This document shows, piece after piece, positions 7,658-15,634 of a stretch of 39,851 nucleotides of DNA. The notes beneath the pieces were generated by a model. That model saw only the letters and a program-made list of their open reading frames with translations. It made no database searches and was not told the DNA's origin. Numbering within the stretch: the first letter of the stretch is position 1; every line of letters starts with the position of its first letter. The position numbers were made by a program, and so were the translations under genes. The stretch is from a virus (lineage: Duplodnaviria; Caudoviricetes): positions 1 through 39,851 of IMG/VR virus record IMGVR_UViG_3300023092_000004, one strand, 5' to 3'.

Positions 7658-8244
7658 GGGGACACTCTCTCATCCCGGCCCGACGTACATGGCCCGGGGC
7701 CCCGCGTGCCCGCCGCGCCGGGTTCCTGGTGAAACTGGGCTTGGGTCCTATTGTGGTTTTTCAGCCTAAACGCCTCGCAACCCGGGCGCGTGCACGTCGC
7801 CAACCATGCGCCGAACCGCGCCGGTGTCTCCTCCCCATACTCATGCTCGCGGCGGCGCCTCGGTGGCAGTAAGCCATTCTCCTCGGGGGCCATCTCGACG
7901 GGGTGAGGGTGGCACGCGTAGCACTCCACGCCCTCCCCGGCCCCGTGAACACACAACACCTCCCGCGCGGGCTTGGACTTCAGGGCGCCAAGGAGACCAA
8001 GGACCTGTCGATATGCGGTCGCGCGCTCCTCGTTCAGCGTTATAGCAAGCATGGTGTCGCGAACGGCACACGTCACCTCCTCCAGCGCCTTCTCCCGCGC
8101 CAGCAGGGCAGAGCGCGCGGCGATGTCCGCAAGACGCGCCGCCTCGGCCTCGAGCGCGGCGATGTGGTCCTTCACCTTCTTCCACGAGTTGTCGCTGAGC
8201 GAATCCAGGCAGTCATTTAACTCCTCCGCCGTCATCTTCTTCAT
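7654..8244 (-). CDS. hypothetical protein (coiled coil plus Cys/His clusters)
   Basis: Coupled ORF. Confidence 0.7.
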   Translation of the reverse strand: MKKMTAEELNDCLDSLSDNSWKKVKDHIAALEAEAARLADIAARSALLAREKALEEVTCAVRDTMLAITLNEERATAYRQVLGLLGALKSKPAREVLCVHGAGEGVECYACHPHPVEMAPEENGLLPPRRRREHEYGEETPARFGAWLATCTRPGCEAFRLKNHNRTQAQFHQEPGAAGTRGPGPCTSGRDERVSP

Positions 8245-8384
8245 GAGCGCACCACCAGCGAGTACCCGACCGGGACCTGGGTGGAGGGGTTAAGACCCAC
8301 CCAGCCGATGCCCTCCAGCAACCACCGCTTTTCCCCTCGCTTCAGCACCTTCCGCTCGCGACCGCTCATGACGTGCTTGACCAT
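8241..8384 (-). CDS. first gene of the leftward operon (47 aa, basic)
   Basis: GGAGGAGG SD; MVKHVMSGRERKVLKRGEKRW. Confidence 0.65.
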   Translation of the reverse strand: MVKHVMSGRERKVLKRGEKRWLLEGIGWVGLNPSTQVPVGYSLVVRS

Positions 8385-8395
8385 GCTGCCTCCTC

Positions 8396-8462
8396 CGTCG
8401 CACCGGCGACGTGTCCAATCTTTTAGTTGGACTTCGGCGCGGGCGCAACTAATATGTTCATC
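8396..8462. promoter_or_regulatory. overlapping divergent promoters with operator-like inverted repeats
   Basis: Plus: TTGGAC(8427)-17-TAATAT(8450). Minus: TTGCGC-17-TAAAAG. Inverted repeats GTCCAA/TTGGAC (8413-8432) and TTAGTTG/CAACTAA (8423-8452). Confidence 0.65.
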
Positions 8463-8678
8463 ATGACCACGAAGGCAGGGAAGCAACTCAAGGAGCGGCG
8501 CGAGCGGAAGGGCGACAGCCCCGAGGTCGCCGGGAAGAAGATTGGATGCAGCCACACCCACGTGCGACGCCTGGAGGCGGGAGAGACGATGCCCGCCGTT
8601 GACCTGGCCGCGCGCATCGAGACGGCCTATGGCGTCCGCATCCGCCTGTGGGCTCATTCGGAGGAGACGAATCCATGA
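8463..8678 (+). CDS. XRE-family HTH regulator (Cro-like), probably leaderless
   Basis: LKERRERKGDSPEVAGKKIGCSHTHVRRLEAGETMP fits HTH_3; ATG is 7 nt after the -10. Confidence 0.85.
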   Translation: MTTKAGKQLKERRERKGDSPEVAGKKIGCSHTHVRRLEAGETMPAVDLAARIETAYGVRIRLWAHSEETNP

Positions 8679-8863
8679 ACCATGAATTTGAAGCCGTCCC
8701 TGACGCTCTTGATGCGTGGCGATGTGTCCACTCCGGATGCCTCGTGCGCAAGTCGCGCACCGGCCAGTTCTGGCAGGAACGCCCCGGTTCGCGCTGGCTC
8801 GACGTCGACAAGGTCCCTCTCCCCGATTGCCTGGGTGAGCCGCCCGCGAAGGACTCCCCGTGA
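8675..8863 (+). CDS. hypothetical protein
   Basis: GGAGGAG SD and ATGA overlap. Confidence 0.7.
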   Translation: MNHEFEAVPDALDAWRCVHSGCLVRKSRTGQFWQERPGSRWLDVDKVPLPDCLGEPPAKDSP

Positions 8864-9123
8864 CCTCGTGCGACTACTGCGAGAGGAAGGAACCGGAGCA
8901 CATCATCTGGTGGTGTGTGGAGTGCAACGCGCGCGTCTGCACGAACCACTCGAGCACTCTCCTCCCGAAGATGTTCCTTTGCGACCCGCCCAAAGACGGC
9001 CCGCAACAGCAGCGCGGCTGCTACAAGCCGCCCGTGGCGGAGGTGGCGTGCGTCGCGTGCGACAAGCCCACGTCCGATCTGCACGCGGATGTGCCGATTC
9101 ACGTGGGTTGCCGCTATGCGTGA
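8860..9123 (+). CDS. zinc-finger-like protein
   Basis: Three CxxC pairs plus further Cys/His. Confidence 0.7.
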   Translation: MTSCDYCERKEPEHIIWWCVECNARVCTNHSSTLLPKMFLCDPPKDGPQQQRGCYKPPVAEVACVACDKPTSDLHADVPIHVGCRYA

Positions 9124-9913
9124 CCCCATCATCTACTTCGCGGGCCCGGCCCAGCACTCGCTATGCAGCTGGATGGCGGGGCACCACGTCCTGGAGAACT
9201 TCGAGAACAACCTCGGAGAGGACGGGGACAACATCGCCCGGTATCGGGACACCTTCGAGTCCATGGCCCTCGACCTGGGGGCCTATATGCTCATGACGGA
9301 GGAGCGGAGGAAGGGCCCGAAGACGCCGGAGCAGAAGGAGGCACGCATGACTCAGGCGATTGAGTGGGCCGTGCGCCATGGCGAGTTCTACGACTGGGTG
9401 AGCCACTACGACGACGTCACGGGCGGCCCGGAAGGGAACTTGCGCAACTTCGAGCGGTGCAAGAAGGCGGGCATCCCCCGGCTCATGGCGGTGTTCCACC
9501 AGAGCGAACCACTCGACTTGCTCCGCCAATACTGCCGCGAGTCCCAACACATCGGCCTCGGCTTCCAGCGCCCGATTAAGGACGATGCGGCGTGGCTGGA
9601 CGCGTGCTTCGCCGAAATCCCCTCCTCGAAGTGGGTGCACGGCTTCGCGATGACGGGCTACCTCCGCTGGCCCTTTTCCAGCGCCGACAGCAAGACGTGG
9701 CTCCACGAGACGCTCGCCATCATGAAGCACTCGAGCCAGGGGGCCGACGCGCTCGCCTACCTTACCCAGCCCGAGGTGGTGGCCATCGTCCAGAAGAAGT
9801 ACCAGCGACAGTGGCGCCGAGACAGGTGGCGCGGGACGTTTGGCGTGGCAGCTGGGCGCGGCGAGCAGGTGGACCTCGAAGAACTGCTGGCCTCGCTGCC
9901 TGACGTCGCCTGA
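9116..9913 (+). CDS. tRNA-guanine-transglycosylase-fold protein, DpdA-like DNA modification candidate
   Basis: IYFAG, ALDLGAY (DSG-A-F/Y motif), AVFHQSE, IGLG, VHGFAM and PFSSADSKTW motifs. Confidence 0.7.
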   Translation: MRDPIIYFAGPAQHSLCSWMAGHHVLENFENNLGEDGDNIARYRDTFESMALDLGAYMLMTEERRKGPKTPEQKEARMTQAIEWAVRHGEFYDWVSHYDDVTGGPEGNLRNFERCKKAGIPRLMAVFHQSEPLDLLRQYCRESQHIGLGFQRPIKDDAAWLDACFAEIPSSKWVHGFAMTGYLRWPFSSADSKTWLHETLAIMKHSSQGADALAYLTQPEVVAIVQKKYQRQWRRDRWRGTFGVAAGRGEQVDLEELLASLPDVA

Positions 9914-9945
9914 CTTACTTGTGCCCCGCCCCGTGGGGCGGTAGA

Positions 9946-9973
9946 TTGACAACGAGCGCAGGACTGCGACCCT
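9946..9973 (+). promoter_or_regulatory. promoter
   Basis: Perfect TTGACA, 16-bp spacer, TGc-GACCCT. Confidence 0.5.
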
Positions 9974-10009
9974 GCGCCTCACTTCCTCAAGACCCCTGAC
10001 AACAGGAGT

Positions 10010-10056
10010 CCGCCGCCCTTCCCCGTGTCGCAGCGGGGCGGGGCGGTGTCTTTTTC
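10010..10056 (+). terminator. terminator or attenuator hairpin
   Basis: CCGCCC-TT-CCCCG..CGGGG-C-GGGGCGG then TGTCTTTTT. Confidence 0.55.
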
Positions 10057-10266
10057 ATGGCCGATTTTTCCCAGCAACCCGACACGAAGTGGTCGAAGTC
10101 CTGGCGTAACCCTACCCGCTGGCGCAACGGGCGCTTCGTGACCGTGCGCTTTTCTCCGCGCAGCTACTGGCTGTCCCGAGTGGATGGCGAGACGAAGCCC
10201 ACGCAACACTCCAGCCGCGAAGCCGCCATGCGCGCCGCCGACAAGCGCGCCCAGGGGGAGGGGTGA
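10057..10266 (+). CDS. basic hypothetical protein
   Basis: Fills the gap before an SD-led gene; no SD of its own. Confidence 0.6.
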   Translation: MADFSQQPDTKWSKSWRNPTRWRNGRFVTVRFSPRSYWLSRVDGETKPTQHSSREAAMRAADKRAQGEG

Positions 10267-10267
10267 C

Positions 10268-10564
10268 ATGGGCACCAGAAAGAAGGCGACGCAGCCAACG
10301 GCTACACCCCAGCCCCTGAGCGACTACGAGCAGGGCGTCGTGGACTGTCTGGAGATGCTACGGGCCGCCGTCGACGGTATCCACGCTGCTGAGCTTCAGG
10401 TCCGGTGCTTCACTCACGACGGTTCCACCGACCTGCGAGCGCTCCTGGCGGGCACGAACGCAGCCGCCAACATCGCCAGCCACATCCGCGCCGAGACGGA
10501 GAAGGCCACGCTCCGCCACATCATGGCGCGTCGGTCTCCGGGCGCCCAGGAGAGGGAGGGGTGA
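10268..10564 (+). CDS. hypothetical protein
   Basis: GGAGG SD; flanked by an 18-bp direct repeat. Confidence 0.75.
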   Translation: MGTRKKATQPTATPQPLSDYEQGVVDCLEMLRAAVDGIHAAELQVRCFTHDGSTDLRALLAGTNAAANIASHIRAETEKATLRHIMARRSPGAQEREG

Positions 10565-10565
10565 C

Positions 10566-10931
10566 ATGGGCTCTACGAACAAGGTGGTTTTGTTGCGGTG
10601 GAAGCGGCAGCCCAACGAACGCGGCCTCGCTCGCGTCATCCAGGGCCCGCGAGGTTGGGACCTCTACCTCGGCACGGAGCGTATCGGATACGTTCGCCCG
10701 CTGCGCAACGGCTTCAGCAGGGAGACCATCGGCTGGTATTATGTGACGCCCGAGCGCCCCGGCATCGAACACCGGAATTCGTGCGGCGAGGTTGGCGTGC
10801 CCGCGAGCGGAGCGCGCGATGCCTGCGCGGCCTACGTGCTCGCCGCGCTGCTCGCAGCGCACCCCGGTACCAGGTACAAGGTCCACGCCCGTGTCCCTGG
10901 TGCGGTCGCCCGCGAGGAGGAGGGCGCATGA
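10566..10931 (+). CDS. hypothetical protein
   Basis: GGAGG SD. Confidence 0.75.
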   Translation: MGSTNKVVLLRWKRQPNERGLARVIQGPRGWDLYLGTERIGYVRPLRNGFSRETIGWYYVTPERPGIEHRNSCGEVGVPASGARDACAAYVLAALLAAHPGTRYKVHARVPGAVAREEEGA

Positions 10932-11146
10932 TGGGCTTCCCCTGCGTTCCGTTGGATTCCACCGAGGTTCGCGTCGTCCACATCCTCCCGCCCGGCGACC
11001 TATTCCAGGCCGGGCGTGTCATCTGGACGCGCCACCTGTCCGAGTTCCTGCTCTTCATCCGTGGCGCCACGTGGCACGTGGACCGCACCACCTGCCCCAC
11101 CTGGGACGACTCCACCGAGTGCCGCTGCATGACGGAGGGCGCGTGA
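10928..11146 (+). CDS. hypothetical protein with a C-terminal H..C..CxC motif
   Basis: SD and ATGA overlap. Confidence 0.7.
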   Translation: MMGFPCVPLDSTEVRVVHILPPGDLFQAGRVIWTRHLSEFLLFIRGATWHVDRTTCPTWDDSTECRCMTEGA

Positions 11147-11361
11147 TGGGCATCAATCACGACGCGAAGTTCCTCTGTGACCAGTGGCGCGCGACCGTTG
11201 GGCGCCTGCCGCTGGCGCACCAGCAGACGATCCACCGGCTCACCGAGCAACACCCCATGTCGCGGATGCGCGAAGCCATCGAGGCGGTGGCGGGTCGCGG
11301 CTTCCGGCGCACCGAGGACCGCTGGCGCCTCTTTCTGGCGTGGTTCGGGGAGGCGCCGTAA
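11146..11361 (+). CDS. hypothetical protein
   Basis: SD; coupled to the replication gene. Confidence 0.7.
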   Translation: MGINHDAKFLCDQWRATVGRLPLAHQQTIHRLTEQHPMSRMREAIEAVAGRGFRRTEDRWRLFLAWFGEAP

Positions 11362-12251
11362 TGGCCCGCATGCGCTCCCTCCGCCCGGACTACTTCCTGC
11401 GCGAGGACATGGCCGACGTGTCCCTGGAGGCCCACTTCCTCCTGGCCGGGCTCGCCGTTTTGGCTGACCGAGATGGGCGCCTGCTGGACCGCCCGCGCAC
11501 CATCAAGGCCCAGGTCTTCCCCTTCCGCGAGGTAGACCTGGAGGTAGCACTCGCGGAGTTGGTCCGCGCCCGTGCCGTGGCGCGTTACGAGGCCGACGGG
11601 AAGCGGGTGCTGGCCCTCCTGACGTGGGAGGACGACCAGTCGCCGCACCCAAAAGAGACGAGCCTGGGCCTTCCACCACCCCCCGCCATACAGCCTGACG
11701 CGAAAGCTGAACCTCAGAGCCAACCTTCCCGGAAGGTTCAGGATGCTTCCCGGAAGGTCGGGGAGCCTTCCCGTCGAGACCCCTTGGGTTTGGGTGTTGG
11801 TATGGGTGTGGGTCCAGAGATGGGTGTGGGTCAAAAACCTGCGCCGGTCGCTGACGCGCCGGACGCGGATGTCATGGCGGCGCCTACACCCAGGAAGCCG
11901 CGCAAGGAAGCCAGCGGCCCGTCGGCGGAACTTTGGCGAGCCCTGGAGGCGAAGTTCCTCGCCGTCACCGGCCAACCCTACGTCACGGGCAACGGCACGG
12001 TGGACGGGGCCACGGTGTCCTGGTTCCTCAACTCCTCGAAGGCCACGCCCGCCGAGGTGGTGGCGCGTTGGGGGAGGCTGCTCGAGTGGGCCAAGGGTGG
12101 ATACCCCACCGTCTCCGGCTTCGTCGTCCTGCGCAGCAACTGGAACGCCCCCCAGGTGCTGGGCATCGTCACCAGCAAGCCCAGGGGCAACGGGGGCTAC
12201 ATCGACCCGAACAAGTTCACCGGAGAAGGCGTCGTGGAGGATGCGTTTTGA
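11361..12251 (+). CDS. phage replication initiator / replisome organiser
   Basis: MARMRSLRPDYF..LADRDGRL.DRPRTIKAQVFPF..WEDDQSPH N-terminus, internal iterons, directly upstream of a DnaC-like ATPase. Confidence 0.85.
   Translation: MARMRSLRPDYFLREDMADVSLEAHFLLAGLAVLADRDGRLLDRPRTIKAQVFPFREVDLEVALAELVRARAVARYEADGKRVLALLTWEDDQSPHPKETSLGLPPPPAIQPDAKAEPQSQPSRKVQDASRKVGEPSRRDPLGLGVGMGVGPEMGVGQKPAPVADAPDADVMAAPTPRKPRKEASGPSAELWRALEAKFLAVTGQPYVTGNGTVDGATVSWFLNSSKATPAEVVARWGRLLEWAKGGYPTVSGFVVLRSNWNAPQVLGIVTSKPRGNGGYIDPNKFTGEGVVEDAF
11722..11832. repeat. putative replication origin: iterons plus a G/T strand-biased tract
   Basis: CTTCCCG at 11725, 11746 and 11767 (21-bp period); the first lies in the palindrome AACCTTCC-C-GGAAGGTT; followed by repeated TGGGT(G). 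Confidence 0.7.
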
Positions 12252-12994
12252 GCGAACGAACGAACGAGACGTTGCCGGTGGGCACACTGCTCCGGCGCTT
12301 CGCCGTGTGGACGCCGGAGATGCGAGCGCAGAAGCAGCGCGAGCACGACATCGCCGCGGCGAACGAGCGCGCCACGGCCGCCGGGCACCGGCTGGACATG
12401 TTCTCCAAGCACCTCGAGCGCTGCGGGGTGGCCCGGCAGGTGGCCCGGGACTCCGGGGAGGAGCGGCTGGCGGAGACAGCGGCGCTCCGCGAGATGGAGC
12501 AGTGGCTGTGGGGCGACGAGCGCCACCTGCTGCTGTCCGGCGGGACGGGGGCTGGGAAGTCCGTGGCGGCCTCCAGGGCGCTTTCTGTGTCCGTCCGGCG
12601 CGCTGGGTACGCCAACTATGATTCGTGCGCCTGGAGCGAACGTGGGGCCCTCTGGCTGCCATTCGGCGAACTGTGCCGCCTGTCCGACTACGAAGATGCC
12701 GACAAGAACACCCTCCGCTTCGCCCAGCGCGTGCCCATGCTCGTGCTGGACGACGTGGGGACGGGTGATGCCGTGGCGCTCACTCCCCGGGAGCGGCAGC
12801 GGCTCGAAGAGCTGGCAGACCACCGGGACGACCCGGAGCGGCGCACGGTGTGGACCACCAACCTGAGCATCAAACGCGCGCCGGACGCACCCAGTGAGTT
12901 CGGGCGCTTTGTGGGCTCCCGCGTCTCGTCTCGCATCGCCCGCTCGGTGCGGGCGGTGGACTGCGGGAAGCAGGACATGCGGAGGGGGTTATGA
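12248..12994 (+). CDS. DnaC/IstB-like AAA+ helicase loader (TTG start)
   Basis: Walker A GGTGAGKS, Walker B LVLDDVG, TTN and RVSSRI motifs; TTGA overlap with GGAGG SD. Confidence 0.88.
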   Translation: MSERTNETLPVGTLLRRFAVWTPEMRAQKQREHDIAAANERATAAGHRLDMFSKHLERCGVARQVARDSGEERLAETAALREMEQWLWGDERHLLLSGGTGAGKSVAASRALSVSVRRAGYANYDSCAWSERGALWLPFGELCRLSDYEDADKNTLRFAQRVPMLVLDDVGTGDAVALTPRERQRLEELADHRDDPERRTVWTTNLSIKRAPDAPSEFGRFVGSRVSSRIARSVRAVDCGKQDMRRGL

Positions 12995-13206
12995 CTTGCC
13001 TTCACGGCGTGGGACCTCGCGAGCACTGCCCCGCGTGCGCCGCTGCCTGGCGCAAGGAGACGAAGACGCCAGCGTGGGAGGCCGTGGCGAAGTGCCCGCA
13101 CGGGCTCGTCACCATGCGCGACGGCAGCAACCCCGAGCGGGTGCTCAACCCCGGATGCGAGGGCTGCGGAACGGCCCTTGCGGCAAAGAAGGCGGTGCGG
13201 AGATGA
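12991..13206 (+). CDS. Cys/His-rich hypothetical protein
   Basis: Two CxHG...CxxC units. Confidence 0.7.
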   Translation: MTCLHGVGPREHCPACAAAWRKETKTPAWEAVAKCPHGLVTMRDGSNPERVLNPGCEGCGTALAAKKAVRR

Positions 13207-13367
13207 CGCGGGAGCAGGCGGTGTGCGCAGGCTGCGGAGACAGAATTCTCCGGGACGAGAACGGCTGGTTCCATGCGCTGGCGCGAGACGGCGCCCGGTG
13301 TCGGGCGAAGCCGGGCGGGATTTCCACGGGACAGGGCGATCTCTTTGCCCAAGAGGTGCGGCGATGA
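13203..13367 (+). CDS. small zinc-ribbon protein
   Basis: CAGC..WFH..C; ATGA overlap. Confidence 0.65.
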   Translation: MTREQAVCAGCGDRILRDENGWFHALARDGARCRAKPGGISTGQGDLFAQEVRR

Positions 13368-13525
13368 GCGAGAAGAACGAGGCGCGGACGTTCCAGGAAT
13401 GGGTACTGACCGAGGCTCAGGATTCGGACCCTGTCTTCTGGGGCACCTGTGACCACGGGGTATCCATCGCCCCGTGGCTGGATTGCGCGGACTGCGAGGT
13501 TCGAGAGGATGATCATGACGCCTGA
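13364..13525 (+). CDS. small CxHG..CxxC protein
   Basis: ATGA overlap. Confidence 0.6.
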   Translation: MSEKNEARTFQEWVLTEAQDSDPVFWGTCDHGVSIAPWLDCADCEVREDDHDA

Positions 13526-13718
13526 CGACATGGCGCGCGAGATGCGCGCGGCGGGGTGGGATCTCACGGCCGGTGGAAACTGGATGTTGCTCACGGAGAA
13601 CAGCGTGCGCGTCATCCCCGGTATCGAGCGTGCGCATCGGGCGATGCAGAAGGAACTTGCGCAGCAGCGCGCGCAGGGCACAGTGACAACGCCCGTGGTG
13701 GGGCAGGAGGAGAAGTGA
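13515..13718 (+). CDS. hypothetical protein
   Basis: GAGGA SD. Confidence 0.65.
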   Translation: MTPDDMAREMRAAGWDLTAGGNWMLLTENSVRVIPGIERAHRAMQKELAQQRAQGTVTTPVVGQEEK

Positions 13719-13719
13719 C

Positions 13720-13911
13720 ATGGCAAAGAAGGCGATGAAGGTCTCGACGGGACTCGTGACGCTGGTGCGGTTCGCCGCGTGGTACATGGACCAGGACAAC
13801 GAAACGAAGGCGCTCGTCTGCGAGGAGATGAACAGCGCATTCGATGCGATGGTCGAGCAGGACGTGTTCGGCACCGAGGGGCAGAACGACCCGAGGGGTG
13901 ACCAGCGATGA
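13720..13911 (+). CDS. hypothetical protein
   Basis: GGAGGAG SD; C-terminus DVFGTEGQNDPRGD. Confidence 0.75.
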   Translation: MAKKAMKVSTGLVTLVRFAAWYMDQDNETKALVCEEMNSAFDAMVEQDVFGTEGQNDPRGDQR

Positions 13912-14696
13912 GCGACAGTTACGTGCTGGAGCTGGCGAAGGACCGAGATACGCGCATCGCAGAACTGGAGCGCTGCCGCTCCGAGGTCGAGCGCTTCGTG
14001 GCCGAGGTGGAGCGGCTGACGCGCGAGCGGGACGAGGCGCGGGAAGATCGCGCTGCGCTGGCGGCTCTACTCGACGAACGGCTGGAGGAATCCAACCACC
14101 TCCGTGGCGTCACACTTCGATACGAGCAGGAGCGCGACGAGTGGAAGGCCCGAGCCGAGGCGGCGGAGGCGGACAACGCGGCGCTCGTGGAGACGCTCAA
14201 TCTCGTCGAGAACGACCTGAGCGACGACAGGTACGACGACGCGCACCGGCGCACCATCGTCCTCCTGAAGAAGGAGCACCCCGGCGCCGCGCTGCTGGGG
14301 CGCCTCCGGGGCCTGGAATACACCGTCAAAGAGATGGAGCTGGACGCCAATGCCCTCTGGGAGGCCTCGGCGCGGCTGGAGCGCCTCCGGGCGGCGGAGA
14401 AGGTGGTGGAGGCGGTCCGGTCGTCCATGGTGGACCGCGAGCCGTCGCGGCTGGTGCTGGAGCGTCTCGCCGCCTACGACGCGCTCAAGGAGGGGGGGGG
14501 CATGAGTCGCACGGAGAAACTGGAGATGTTGTTGCGGTTCCTCGCTCGTGACATGGACGACCAGGACGAGCCCACGCTCGTTGCTGCTGACACCATGGAC
14601 CTCGTCGGAGACCTGCTGAAGGACACGCCAACCCGTCTCGTCACCACCACGCCCGCATACCAGGGCGTCATTTCGCTCGTGCCGGAGAAGCCATGA
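13908..14696 (+). CDS. coiled-coil protein, probably two genes joined through a G9 tract (second start at 14502)
   Basis: Heptad-rich; AAGGAG-G8-C-ATGA at 14487-14505. Confidence 0.7.
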   Translation: MSDSYVLELAKDRDTRIAELERCRSEVERFVAEVERLTRERDEAREDRAALAALLDERLEESNHLRGVTLRYEQERDEWKARAEAAEADNAALVETLNLVENDLSDDRYDDAHRRTIVLLKKEHPGAALLGRLRGLEYTVKEMELDANALWEASARLERLRAAEKVVEAVRSSMVDREPSRLVLERLAAYDALKEGGGMSRTEKLEMLLRFLARDMDDQDEPTLVAADTMDLVGDLLKDTPTRLVTTTPAYQGVISLVPEKP

Positions 14697-14911
14697 AGCG
14701 TGGAACGTGCTGGTTCTGCAAGAGGAGGCGACCCACGAAGAAACTCTGGCGTGGAGGCAATGACCACCCCGACATGGAGTGCCGGGTCGTTTGCCGCGCT
14801 GGCGACTCGGGTAAGCGATGTTGGCTCTCTCGGCTCGGCCCTGGCTCCATCATGCGAGCACATCTCCGCCGGGCCCTCGTTGCCCCGAAGTGGCGCGGGG
14901 TGTACCGATGA
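14693..14911 (+). CDS. basic Cys-containing protein
   Basis: ATGA-coupled. Confidence 0.65.
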   Translation: MKRGTCWFCKRRRPTKKLWRGGNDHPDMECRVVCRAGDSGKRCWLSRLGPGSIMRAHLRRALVAPKWRGVYR

Positions 14912-15114
14912 GCCGCGAAGCGAAGAGACTGCATTGGCGCCAGCCGAAGCAGAAGGCCAACGTGTGCCTAGGCGGCATGCCGAGGGATGAGCACACCAAC
15001 AGCCCGAGCGTGTGGCGGTCGTCCTTCCGGCTGTGGTGCCCGGGGTGCGCTTCCTGGCTGGCACATCATCCGGCCGAACTGACCGAGGCGCTCGTCCGGG
15101 AGATCGTGCGATGA
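14908..15114 (+). CDS. hypothetical protein (H..C..CxxC)
   Basis: ATGA-coupled. Confidence 0.65.
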   Translation: MSREAKRLHWRQPKQKANVCLGGMPRDEHTNSPSVWRSSFRLWCPGCASWLAHHPAELTEALVREIVR

Positions 15115-15392
15115 CCACCACCCGGCAGAAGGTGCTGATGCTCGCGGCAATCCTCGGGCTCGCGACGGTGTGCGGATGGGAGGCCATGGGGTTGCACGCG
15201 TGGAATGCGCTCGCGTTCGGGCTCATGGCCGTCTCGTGCGCGGCCATGTTCGTGTGGCAAGTGCGTGAGGAGCAGAGGAAAGGTCCGGTTCGCTGGTATG
15301 GCATCCGACCGGCACACGGATTCGTCGAGTACCATCGATTCCTCCTCAGCGTCATCCGCATGAGCGTCAAGTGGACGTGGAGGGTGAAATGA
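15111..15392 (+). CDS. two-TM membrane protein
   Basis: Two hydrophobic helices and a basic tail. Confidence 0.65.
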   Translation: MTTTRQKVLMLAAILGLATVCGWEAMGLHAWNALAFGLMAVSCAAMFVWQVREEQRKGPVRWYGIRPAHGFVEYHRFLLSVIRMSVKWTWRVK

Positions 15393-15634
15393 GCATCACG
15401 CACGAGAAGTGGGAGGCGCGCGGGCGCGACGTCCTCTCGGCCGACGGAGCTGTCGTTGCTCGCTGCATCGACGAGCCGGAGGCCCAGGCTGTCGCCGTGC
15501 TGCCCGAGGCGCTGGCGCTGCTGAAGCGCATCCAGGACTGGGACGAGCGATCGCGGGAGTGTCCCGAGGCGGCGGGGCGATGCCCGTTGCCGGAGATTGC
15601 CGCCATCCTCCGCCGCGCGGGTGTGCTCCCGTGA
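15389..15634 (+). CDS. hypothetical protein
   Basis: GGAGG SD; W...AVAVLPEALALL pattern. Confidence 0.7.
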   Translation: MSITHEKWEARGRDVLSADGAVVARCIDEPEAQAVAVLPEALALLKRIQDWDERSRECPEAAGRCPLPEIAAILRRAGVLP

